Of a stretch of DNA of 59,230 nt, positions 8,939 to 16,777 are shown piece after piece. Made by a program: the position numbers and the translations under genes. The notes beneath the pieces were generated by a model, which worked only from the letters and a program-made list of their open reading frames with translations, was not told the origin of the DNA and made no database searches. Within the stretch, counting starts at the first letter, position 1; each line of letters opens with the position of its first letter. This DNA is from a virus (lineage: Duplodnaviria > Caudoviricetes): IMG/VR virus record IMGVR_UViG_3300012936_000013, positions 1-59,230 of that record; one strand, given 5' to 3'.

Positions 8939-9139
8939 TTAATCTCCAAATGGGATTTCTTCCCAATCATATTCTTCATCATAAGTATCTTGCTCGTTGA
9001 TATAAGATTCATACTCTAAAAGATTCTCTACTTCCGCTGCGTGCTCGTCTGAAAGAGATTCCCTCATCTCACCCAGATTTCTATACGCTTCTTTCAAAGT
9101 AAGTTTACCTTTCTCAAACTCAACACAAATAAGACACAT
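8939..9139 (-). CDS. Small CxxC...H protein
   Basis: MCLICVEFEKGKLTLKEAYRNLGEM...EH; start re-assigned. Confidence 0.6.
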   Translation of the reverse strand: MCLICVEFEKGKLTLKEAYRNLGEMRESLSDEHAAEVENLLEYESYINEQDTYDEEYDWEEIPFGD

Positions 9140-9140
9140 A

Positions 9141-9359
9141 TTAATTCTCCACTTTCTCACACTCTTGCAACTCCTCAAGAAGCTCCCCTCTTGCCTTGTC
9201 GCTCATGTGTTCTAAAATATATTTTTTAATCAACTCGTCGGATGCCTCATGGTATGTCGTACCTGCATAGCAGTATGGACAAGGGCGGTTATACCAAGTC
9301 TTGCCCGAGCCACGACAAGCCAAACAAGTACCATGAAAATAAAGTTTACCCAACGCCAA
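9141..9359 (-). CDS. Small zinc-finger protein
   Basis: CLACRGSG...CPYC. Confidence 0.6.
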   Translation of the reverse strand: MALGKLYFHGTCLACRGSGKTWYNRPCPYCYAGTTYHEASDELIKKYILEHMSDKARGELLEELQECEKVEN

Positions 9360-9414
9360 CTTGACAGCCCCCTGTACTATTATAATTAGGAAAGTTTGCT
9401 GTTTTTTTCACCTA

Positions 9415-10290
9415 TTAGACCCCACCAGCGCCCGGAGGGGCACTTTTTCCACGCTTCTTGTCTCGCTTCTGGTGTCCTTTGCCGCCGCCTGTTTCCTTGT
9501 TCGCCCCAGTGTCAAGAACTCTGGTCTTTCTCCTCGGGTGATCTTTAATCTTGTCTGATTCGTCCTGCCAATCTCGCTCTGTTAGCTCCCCTGCCACGAT
9601 CAGCCTACCCGCTTTCTGAAGGGCAGACATGACCTCTGAACTATCTTTCTTATACATCTTCGTTGTTGAATTTTTATGCCAGTCTGGACCGTCTTTTGAA
9701 ATAGCTCTCGCCTGATCGCAGTCATCAGACTTGTCATCTGGCGTTAGCTGCGGAACAGTCTTGTTTACCTTTGCGCCGCTTGCGCTGGGATCGTGGTTCG
9801 TGTCCATCTGCTGTGCATCCACGTCACCACGCTGCTCGTACTTGTCCCATACAGCCTGTGCGTATTGTGACACAGAAAACCTGTCTGATGTGAGACCGCC
9901 GCCATTTTGTGAGGCGTATTCAATCGCCACCTCATAAAGAAGTGGACCCCAACCCTTTTGGGCTTCAGAACCAATAACTGTCCAGCCATCAAAACACGGT
10001 CCCTCTTGATCTTCTTCTGTTTTCAGGATCTCTACATTACCAAACGGAAGCCCCGTCTGAATAACTTTTCTGTTTTTGTATACCACTGCATCGTTACGGG
10101 TTAATTCAGAATACTGTTGCGTCTCCGCATCTTCAATGCGAACATACATAATACCCTTGCCAAGAGAAGCATCGCTGGCAATCACAACACCAACATCGGG
10201 CAGTGCAAGCAGCATATCAATTTGCTTCTGGATTCGTGGGTCAATGCCCTCGTTGAGAAACCTTCGCCAATTTTCCATCAACTGTTTCAC
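9415..10290 (-). CDS. GNAT-like acetyltransferase with MKQLMENWRRFLNE leader
   Basis: KGWGPLLYEVAIEYA (acetyl-CoA-binding motif A-like) and SDRFSVSQYAQAVW. Confidence 0.6.
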   Translation of the reverse strand: MKQLMENWRRFLNEGIDPRIQKQIDMLLALPDVGVVIASDASLGKGIMYVRIEDAETQQYSELTRNDAVVYKNRKVIQTGLPFGNVEILKTEEDQEGPCFDGWTVIGSEAQKGWGPLLYEVAIEYASQNGGGLTSDRFSVSQYAQAVWDKYEQRGDVDAQQMDTNHDPSASGAKVNKTVPQLTPDDKSDDCDQARAISKDGPDWHKNSTTKMYKKDSSEVMSALQKAGRLIVAGELTERDWQDESDKIKDHPRRKTRVLDTGANKETGGGKGHQKRDKKRGKSAPPGAGGV

Positions 10291-10694
10291 TATGCAATTC
10301 TCCTATCAATAACCTTAATTGCAGCAGGCTGAACAACACCATGATACTCAACTGTGTCGCCCTCATTGTCCACCACGTTGCTGTCCAACTTAAACAACTC
10401 TGGGTTTAATTGTGTGGTGTCTATTTCCATGACGATAATCTCCAACCCATCGTCACCCTCAAACTTGTCCCACGCATCGTCAGATGTTTCGGCATAAGAA
10501 AATGCCACTTCGGGGTCAAGCGCAAGATAAACAACGCCACGAACAGAATCATCCCAATATGTTTCTCTGTCGCCACCAAGACCATCCTTCTGAATAGATG
10601 GAATTAGCGGTCCATAGCTTGCATGATAAAGGACGGGAGGAACTTCATAGTTCTCCTTCAGGTATCGCCGCCAATTTTCCATTAGCTGTTTCAT
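10290..10694 (-). CDS. ADP-ribosyltransferase/Tpt1(KptA)-like fold protein with MKQLMENWRRYLKE leader
   Basis: LYHAS...SIQKDGL...VYLALD...AFSYA...VMEID...YHGVVQPAAI; start at 10694 via ATGA overlap. Confidence 0.65.
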   Translation of the reverse strand: MKQLMENWRRYLKENYEVPPVLYHASYGPLIPSIQKDGLGGDRETYWDDSVRGVVYLALDPEVAFSYAETSDDAWDKFEGDDGLEIIVMEIDTTQLNPELFKLDSNVVDNEGDTVEYHGVVQPAAIKVIDRRIA

Positions 10695-11080
10695 ATGTAC
10701 TTCACCCAACTATAAAGTTCTCTAGTGTCAAGGTAGTCAGGATCTTCTTCCATTTCGTGGGTATATGCTTCTACTTCAAATGCATTGTACCTATAAGCCT
10801 GTTCTCCAGACTTAGCACCGAACTTTATCAATCCTCGGACATAGAAGCAGAGATACAATATCCATTGACCTACGAAACCCAGTTCCAGTTGCTGGTGAAA
10901 ATGAATACACTCGTGTCTTCTTGTGGTTGGCGACATGATACCTCTGCACCAGACAAAAGGACCAAACGAAATAGCCCAAATGTCAATCGGTGCAAAGTGC
11001 GACAAGAAAACCGGCACCACCGACTTCTCAATAACAATTGGTCGCCTACGGCGAATCCAGTTCCTTATCCACGAAATCAT
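10691..11080 (-). CDS. Zincin-type metallopeptidase-like protein
   Basis: RHECIHFHQQ (HExxH) and FEVEAY. Confidence 0.7.
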   Translation of the reverse strand: MISWIRNWIRRRRPIVIEKSVVPVFLSHFAPIDIWAISFGPFVWCRGIMSPTTRRHECIHFHQQLELGFVGQWILYLCFYVRGLIKFGAKSGEQAYRYNAFEVEAYTHEMEEDPDYLDTRELYSWVKYI

Positions 11081-11244
11081 CCTGCATCACCCGCATCGTT
11101 TCCCGCCTCTGGCAACGAGGCATCACCTTCTTCGCCCGCATCGGGAAGTTCTGGTCTTGCCGCATCAAACGGAACATATGGACCGGGAGACTTCACGCAC
11201 CCCCCGAGCATAACAATCGTTAATAAAATTAATAAACTTTTCAT
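11077..11244 (-). CDS. 55-aa lipoprotein with DAG repeats (not in ORF track)
   Basis: MKSLLILLTIVMLGGCVKSPGPYVPFDAARPELPDAGEEGDASLPEAGNDAGDAG; ATGA overlaps at both ends. Confidence 0.75.
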   Translation of the reverse strand: MKSLLILLTIVMLGGCVKSPGPYVPFDAARPELPDAGEEGDASLPEAGNDAGDAG

Positions 11245-11759
11245 TTCTGTTGGTTCCTTTCCTTTTCCCAGTTTTTGTCATGACGATACTGATCAGGAGG
11301 ACTCCCCATTAGCATCATGGACTTGTATAGTCCACGGACCAAAGGATTGCCCATGTTATTTTTAAACCAGTTGTCAATCTTATCATTAATACCGTCGCCA
11401 TCAAAGAAATCTCCGATAACCCCCGGTACTTTTAGATTCTTCCAAAGATAGTCAAGCACAGCCATGTCCAGCATGGCGCTCTCATCAACACGTTCTTCTT
11501 CTAAATTAGGTTGGGTGCCGCTATCTCTGTCAAAGTAGGCATAGTTTTCTTTGTCGTATGGGTCTGGGTTATGTAGCCCATCCCTAACATCATTGGCGAG
11601 CATTTCCAGCGCATCAGCCACATATTTGCTGCCTTGCTTCTGCAAAATATCTTTTTTTAGGAAATCTAAAATAGCTTCGTACTCTTGCCGCACGTCGTCA
11701 TAACTAATAGATCTGCCCTCGGAAATAAATTCTTTCCAATCTTCCATCATTCTTTTCAT
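11241..11759 (-). CDS. Putative internal head protein with MKRMMEDWKEFISE leader
   Basis: Leader matches the paralogous motif; internal LEE/VDE junction. Confidence 0.6.
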   Translation of the reverse strand: MKRMMEDWKEFISEGRSISYDDVRQEYEAILDFLKKDILQKQGSKYVADALEMLANDVRDGLHNPDPYDKENYAYFDRDSGTQPNLEEERVDESAMLDMAVLDYLWKNLKVPGVIGDFFDGDGINDKIDNWFKNNMGNPLVRGLYKSMMLMGSPPDQYRHDKNWEKERNQQK

Positions 11760-11809
11760 GTTGTGTGTCTCCTCAACCCTTACTCTATAAGTAGTATTTT
11801 AAGGGCAAA

Positions 11810-11989
11810 TCACCTGTTTGTTAAATCTTTTAAACAATCAATCTTCTCAGACACAGCCTTTTCAAAGAAGCATGGCACCAGAGCGTGCACAACACACTTG
11901 AGGCTCATGGTGGAGAGAAGCAAAGATAGTCTTAGTGCGGCGAACATATGCTCAAAATAGCCCTCGCCACGATCTCTCAAGTGCTTCAT
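11810..11989 (-). CDS. 59-aa membrane-associated protein, DUF6356-like (not in ORF track)
   Basis: MKHLRDRGEGYFEHMFAAL...VHALVPCFFEKAVSEKI; ATGA overlap. Confidence 0.65.
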   Translation of the reverse strand: MKHLRDRGEGYFEHMFAALRLSLLLSTMSLKCVVHALVPCFFEKAVSEKIDCLKDLTNR

Positions 11990-12243
11990 TCCGGGTAGTG
12001 CAAGCGGTATTCCTCGTCAGCCGCTGCCTGAGCTTGCTCGTAAGCCTGTTCCAAAGCCTCCGCAGATTTCGTGAAGCCGTTCTCACTCAGAACTTTCGCA
12101 ATTGGTTTCGCAAGGTGGGGAAACCCTCCAAGCATAGCACCAAACTCTGCTGCCTTCTTGGCGATGGATGAGTCCGAATAGGTAAACTCTTTCAGCAGTT
12201 CTTCTTTGACAATCTTCTTTAATTCTTTTTTTGTAATTTTCAT
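11986..12243 (-). CDS. Putative head protein with MKITKKELKKIVKEE leader
   Basis: Amphipathic leader ending in EELLKE. Confidence 0.65.
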   Translation of the reverse strand: MKITKKELKKIVKEELLKEFTYSDSSIAKKAAEFGAMLGGFPHLAKPIAKVLSENGFTKSAEALEQAYEQAQAAADEEYRLHYPE

Positions 12244-12251
12244 TTTAAACC

Positions 12252-13346
12252 CTACCAGTCGTCACACGCCAGCTTCTTTGCTGTTCCTGCTTTTGCATCG
12301 GAACATCCGTGACGAGCACGGAAAGATTTGTTTCTCTTGGAGCCCTTCGGTGCTGCTCGTGCGCCCTTCTCACCCCAGTGCTTTCTAATGTAACCTTCAC
12401 CATCTGGGTTCTTAATGCACTTCATGTACTTCTTACCCTTGGCTGTGGAGGTTGTCTTCTCAGTCGCCTTCGTGCACTTGCCGCCTTCTTCCAATTCTTC
12501 GTCGTCGTCAGAGCAGTTAGATTCGTTCATCTCGCTTGCCTTGGCAAGCAGCGCACTAATGTGTTTGCCTGCGACAAAATCTGGCACTGCTGCTTCCAAT
12601 GACGCAACGACTGAACCACCAGACTGAGAGTAGCGAGCAAACTTCTCAGCATACGGAGCAAAAATTCTAAACTCTGGGTCACTCTGCATCAAAGAAACCA
12701 ACGTCTCAACGTCTGCTGTTTCGCCGTGACTGTACGCTTCGTTTTGCTTGAACTCTCTTAAAAGATTTTCCTTCATCATCCTCATAGCCATCTTAGCCAT
12801 GTCAACAATTGGAAGGGAGAGGTATCTGCTTTTATTATGATCATTGAGGGCATCCAAAACCTTGACAATGGCACTCGCCGAAAACAAATCAAGCATCTGA
12901 CCTTCAATGTTATCGTACGAACCCATGTGAACTACCTGTCTGATGCGCTCCTCTTTTTCTTTCGGATCCATCATCTTTGCTCGCCCTTCGTCTACAGGCA
13001 CACACTTGTCCTTGCCGTCCTCGTCTGTCCCTGCGTGTCTATACCCGTCCCAGCAAGCCTTGCCGTCGGCTCCTTGTTCTTTGCCATCTTTATTCTTGGC
13101 TTCATCAACCTCTGGCTTCTCATGACTCCAGCCTTTCTTGTCAAGTTCAACATGCTTCTCATATGTCTCAGCTTTTACGCCTTTCCCTGTCTTTGGGTCA
13201 TACATCATGTGAGGTTTGAAATCTTCTTCTTCTTTCTCTTTGGATTCGTTTTGAGCACCATAAGTAATGCAAGGATCTTGTCCGCATCCACAATTTTTAG
13301 GCTCTCCCTCAACGAATCTTCGCCAATTTTCCATTATTTGTTTCAT
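12252..13346 (-). CDS. Mosaic multi-module putative internal head protein with MKQIMENWRRFVE leader
   Basis: Modules CGCGQDPC, PHMMYDPKTG, CWDGY..CVP, DLFSASAI and KSFRARHGC..LAC separated by xxE junctions. Confidence 0.65.
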   Translation of the reverse strand: MKQIMENWRRFVEGEPKNCGCGQDPCITYGAQNESKEKEEEDFKPHMMYDPKTGKGVKAETYEKHVELDKKGWSHEKPEVDEAKNKDGKEQGADGKACWDGYRHAGTDEDGKDKCVPVDEGRAKMMDPKEKEERIRQVVHMGSYDNIEGQMLDLFSASAIVKVLDALNDHNKSRYLSLPIVDMAKMAMRMMKENLLREFKQNEAYSHGETADVETLVSLMQSDPEFRIFAPYAEKFARYSQSGGSVVASLEAAVPDFVAGKHISALLAKASEMNESNCSDDDEELEEGGKCTKATEKTTSTAKGKKYMKCIKNPDGEGYIRKHWGEKGARAAPKGSKRNKSFRARHGCSDAKAGTAKKLACDDW

Positions 13347-13441
13347 TTTAATCTTCCCTGTTCATTTCTAAACTCTTGGAACATTACCGCTCTAGCGAAA
13401 ATTGTCTCCAAGATGAGCATCATAAGACGTTCTTTCGTCAT
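13343..13441 (-). CDS. 32-aa peptide MTKERLMMLILETI... (not in ORF track)
   Basis: ATGA overlap with the next gene; the recurring upstream motif lies just 5'; resembles the MKITK-type leader. Confidence 0.45.
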   Translation of the reverse strand: MTKERLMMLILETIFARAVMFQEFRNEQGRLK

Positions 13442-13468
13442 ACCTTTATAAATAGTCTCTTTAAACGT

Positions 13469-13786
13469 TTAAATCCCAAAACTCTCGCCACAGCCGCAAG
13501 TTCTTTTAGCATTTGGGTTTATAAACTTAAAACCCATCTGCATCATTTCGCTGACGAAATCAATCGTGGTGCCTATTAAGAATAAATAACTTTTCTTATC
13601 CACGTACAGCTTCACGCCGTCAACTTCAATAATTTTATCGTCTGGTTCTGGCTCTTTCACCATTTGCAGCTTATACTGAAAACCGGAGCACCCGCCGCCT
13701 TGGACAGCAGCACGAACTCCGGTGTTGTCAGTTCCATCTAGAACCTCTTTAATCTTTGCTATTGCCGAATCGGTTAGCTCTATCAT
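13469..13786 (-). CDS. HesB/IscA/ErpA-family iron-sulfur cluster assembly protein
   Basis: GGGCSG and CGCGESF motifs; start re-assigned to MIELTDSA. Confidence 0.92.
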   Translation of the reverse strand: MIELTDSAIAKIKEVLDGTDNTGVRAAVQGGGCSGFQYKLQMVKEPEPDDKIIEVDGVKLYVDKKSYLFLIGTTIDFVSEMMQMGFKFINPNAKRTCGCGESFGI

Positions 13787-13787
13787 A

Positions 13788-14201
13788 TCAATATTTAGTA
13801 TCCGGTCTGTCGTCCTTGACACCCTTACCTTGCCACCTAGCATTGCGACCACGAACATCATAGTGTACAAAAGTGGTGTAGATTCCTAAACCACCCTTCT
13901 TCATGTGACCCTCGTGAATAAGATGCTCAATAATCTTGTGCACCATCCACGGTTCCATGCCATCTACCTGAATGTCCGCAGCTTTAGCGACCATATGCTG
14001 AGACCTTCTCGCTCCCCCGATCTTCTTGTTATACTCTGGAGATCTATAGCCAGAAATAACCCTGATCGGTCTACCGATGTAATCCCTTAGCACCTGAAGA
14101 TTTTCTGCCAAGGCTTGCACATTCTCCATGTGTTCCTCGGGAACGTCCGAGCCATCTCGGCATCTAAATTCTGATAATTTAAAATTCTCTGTCAAATTCA
14201 C
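13788..14201 (-). CDS. Peptidase M15A-type peptidoglycan peptidase (putative endolysin)
   Basis: NFKLSEF, SGYRSPEYN, SQH..AADI, HYDVR. Confidence 0.88.
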   Translation of the reverse strand: MNLTENFKLSEFRCRDGSDVPEEHMENVQALAENLQVLRDYIGRPIRVISGYRSPEYNKKIGGARRSQHMVAKAADIQVDGMEPWMVHKIIEHLIHEGHMKKGGLGIYTTFVHYDVRGRNARWQGKGVKDDRPDTKY

Positions 14202-14208
14202 TTGTCAA

Positions 14209-14248
14209 ACTCCTCACCTAGATCATATAAAATAATTAGGTGAGGAGT
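14209..14248 (-). promoter_or_regulatory. Perfect 12-bp hairpin covering the RBS of the M15 lysin, overlapped by the recurring upstream motif
   Basis: ACTCCTCACCTA-N16-TAGGTGAGGAGT; the GAGGAG SD lies in the 3' arm. Confidence 0.7.
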
Positions 14249-14278
14249 GACGAAATAGCACCGTCTAAAACAGATTTT

Positions 14279-14347
14279 TTAATCGCAACATTTTTGGCAT
14301 TCGCACTTGCAGCAATCGCAGCACGAACAATTCTTTACATCTTTCAT
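14279..14347 (-). CDS. 22-aa Cys-rich metallothionein-like peptide (not in ORF track)
   Basis: MKDVKNCSCCDCCKCECQKCCD, 9 Cys; GGAGG 8 nt upstream. Confidence 0.65.
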   Translation of the reverse strand: MKDVKNCSCCDCCKCECQKCCD

Positions 14348-14380
14348 GACATTACCCTCCTATAATAAATAGGAACAGTG

Positions 14381-15034
14381 TTAAAAGCCAAACCCTTTTA
14401 GCTGGCTAATAGATGGCGCTGCTTCACCCGGCGTGTGGGCAACTACCTCACCACCACCAGCACGGAACTGCGCTCGGTACTTCTCACGGTCATCAATCAG
14501 CAAACCCTGTCGCTTGCCGTCACCTTGACCATACGGACTCTTGTCGTCCGTGATGTTGACTGGAACGTTTCCAAGCTCACGTGCACACCACGCCTCCTTG
14601 CCACGCTCACTCTCTGGACCCATGGGAGCCGTCAAGATTTCTGGATTGAACTGCTTGATGTGATTCCAAAGCTCTTTACCGCCGGGAATCCAAGGCAGGT
14701 TTGCCCACACTTCATAGTTGTTTTCAACCATCGTGTACATGAGGTCTCGGACCTCAGCAACGCCGCCCTCATTGGGTCGCTTGATGTGTTCTGGCTTGAC
14801 CTCAAACCAGCCACCCATTGCCTCAACAGCCAGCGCAGCGTCTCGTAGCTCATCTTCGCTCACAGGCTCGCCGCCGCTCGCTAAGGCATTCATTCGCTGG
14901 TTCATGTACCCGAGAACACCCTTTTCAAAGTCAACCAAGACACCATCCATGTCACAGAAAAGTTTATATCTCTCTGGACCGTTTACTTCTTGCTCAGCCA
15001 AATAGTTCCTCCAAGCTCCAAGTTCTTTCTTCAT
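14381..15034 (-). CDS. HAD-family 5'(3')-deoxyribonucleotidase-like protein with MKKELGAWRNYLAE leader
   Basis: DMDGVLVDF motif I, ILTAP, K..W, LIDD motif IV. Confidence 0.8.
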   Translation of the reverse strand: MKKELGAWRNYLAEQEVNGPERYKLFCDMDGVLVDFEKGVLGYMNQRMNALASGGEPVSEDELRDAALAVEAMGGWFEVKPEHIKRPNEGGVAEVRDLMYTMVENNYEVWANLPWIPGGKELWNHIKQFNPEILTAPMGPESERGKEAWCARELGNVPVNITDDKSPYGQGDGKRQGLLIDDREKYRAQFRAGGGEVVAHTPGEAAPSISQLKGFGF

Positions 15035-15065
15035 TAATTAAAACTCCTCTCAACAACACATATAT

Positions 15066-15094
15066 AATGTAACAAAAGATCTGCCTTTTGTCAA
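15066..15094 (-). promoter_or_regulatory. Sigma70-type promoter
   Basis: TTGACA-17-TACATT. Confidence 0.55.
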
Positions 15095-15112
15095 GTAAAA
15101 TTGCATTATTTT

Positions 15113-15457
15113 TTAAAAACTTTGTTGCTCGCCGTCTTGATAGGTGATAATGGTTTTGTTCGTGGGGTGCGGCTCAATGTGCACCTTTACAAAATCACTC
15201 ATACTGTCAAATATGGCAATGCCGCCCCGTGGTGGCGGATAGAGCCAGTGTACAATACACTGACCAGTCGCCAAGAGCACTCCCTCAATCACCACTCCTT
15301 CGCCAGAGACACCGGTCTCATCGCTCTGTCTACAAACCGTAAACGCCCGGATTCCACGGGCTGCGAGCTTTGGTGGCGGCTTGGGAATCAATTCTTCGGT
15401 GGAACCCACCTCAGTATTGTCTTCAATATCATCGTTACTCTGTTGTTCATCTGACAT
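15113..15457 (-). CDS. Hypothetical phage protein
   Basis: R..DETGVSGEGVV.EGV...W...H..H pattern; start re-assigned to MSDEQ. Confidence 0.65.
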   Translation of the reverse strand: MSDEQQSNDDIEDNTEVGSTEELIPKPPPKLAARGIRAFTVCRQSDETGVSGEGVVIEGVLLATGQCIVHWLYPPPRGGIAIFDSMSDFVKVHIEPHPTNKTIITYQDGEQQSF

Positions 15458-15470
15458 ATTAAGTCCTCTC

Positions 15471-16670
15471 TCAATCCTTTTGTCTGGCAATTTTCTCTGC
15501 CATGTAACTTGCTGTCAGTGCCCCTGCCGAAGTTCCAGCAATTGCACGTACTTCAAAATACTCATTCATTGCAGCGACCGCACCAAACAAAACAGGAAAC
15601 AGTGCGCCGCCGCCGGACAGAGCAAGAGTCACACCGTTTCTTTGCGCTCTCTTGAACTCTCTCGGATCCATTTTCTTAATTAGTTTTTCCTCCACAACAT
15701 GCCTGCCAAACTCAAACATTTGTTCTGTTGTGTCCCGATTTAAAGCAAAAAAATTAATTTGTGAAGGAACTTTTTTCATAAAGGGCTTTTCTGGCGTTGG
15801 AAGATTCACAATCTCCTTCAGTCTGGTAACAAAAATATGCTCCTTCAACCCCTTGGAGGCTAGAAAAATATCAATATCATCTGCCATCGCATCGTTAATA
15901 ATAGAAGTAAAAACCTGTGTCGCAAGCTGGATACCTGAGTCTGCCCTACTCGTAGGTTTCTCGTCAAAGTCATAAGCGGCACTACGTTCATACTCAAACT
16001 CGTTACAACTCAATGCAAACCTAACAGGAGTTCTTCTCTTGTCCAGCTTCGCACCTTCTTCATTGTAGTAGGTTTGTCGTAGAAGTTGTGCCGAAAGGTT
16101 TGAAACAGCACCACCGTCGCAAAGAGAGGTCTGCATTGACTTTGGCGCACCCTCTGGAAACTTGGCTGGCGTGAAAGCAAATGGAATCGCACTAGAGGCA
16201 CGCATTGGAAGCTCTGCTGTCACATCTAAATCTCGGAGGAGCACTTTCCTGTGCTCGGACTCTACGAAATGTCTCCGTTCGTCTTCCCTGATTTCGTTGG
16301 TGAACACGAGCGAACGAGCGAAGCCAAGGTCTGTGGTCGTAACAGCAAGCGAGCAGCGCAGGTTACCGTCATCATCTCTACCAAGCTCCCAGAACTTCTT
16401 ACGGGTGCCATCAGGGTGGACCATAATCTTTTCAATGATAGGTTTAAAAACCTTGTCGCTTCTCCACAGAGCCTTGTGGAACATCAAGTTATACAGCATT
16501 CTCACCACGCCCGAGATTCTGTCACAAATACTGCCCACAAAAAAGTTAGGCATTCCGTCTACAGTCTGCGAACCCTTGGAGCCCGGTGCAACATCGCCCA
16601 AGAAGATTTTAATTTCTTCTCTGAATGTCGCTGCTGATTCTTCTGTCAATCTTTTCTTAAATTCGCTCAT
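15471..16670 (-). CDS. Circularly permuted patatin-like phospholipase
   Basis: RASSAIP..F.P and DGG lie mid-protein; LALSGGG and GTSAG lie at the C-terminus. Confidence 0.8.
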   Translation of the reverse strand: MSEFKKRLTEESAATFREEIKIFLGDVAPGSKGSQTVDGMPNFFVGSICDRISGVVRMLYNLMFHKALWRSDKVFKPIIEKIMVHPDGTRKKFWELGRDDDGNLRCSLAVTTTDLGFARSLVFTNEIREDERRHFVESEHRKVLLRDLDVTAELPMRASSAIPFAFTPAKFPEGAPKSMQTSLCDGGAVSNLSAQLLRQTYYNEEGAKLDKRRTPVRFALSCNEFEYERSAAYDFDEKPTSRADSGIQLATQVFTSIINDAMADDIDIFLASKGLKEHIFVTRLKEIVNLPTPEKPFMKKVPSQINFFALNRDTTEQMFEFGRHVVEEKLIKKMDPREFKRAQRNGVTLALSGGGALFPVLFGAVAAMNEYFEVRAIAGTSAGALTASYMAEKIARQKD

Positions 16671-16711
16671 TTTTGATGTTCTCCCACTCTACTATATAGT
16701 ATGCCAGAATT

Positions 16712-16742
16712 AAAAAAATGGGGCTCCCATTGCGGGAGCCCC
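16712..16742 (-). terminator. Intrinsic terminator downstream of hsp20
   Basis: GGGGCTCCC-N5-GGGAGCCCC stem followed by a T7 tract on the minus strand. Confidence 0.85.
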
Positions 16743-16777
16743 CACTGTGCGAAAGGTGCGGGAGCACTTGTTCTTCG

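Noticed and set aside
15471-16670. Patatin as part of a CBASS operon
   Set aside because: No CD-NTase or Cap2/Cap3-like genes nearby
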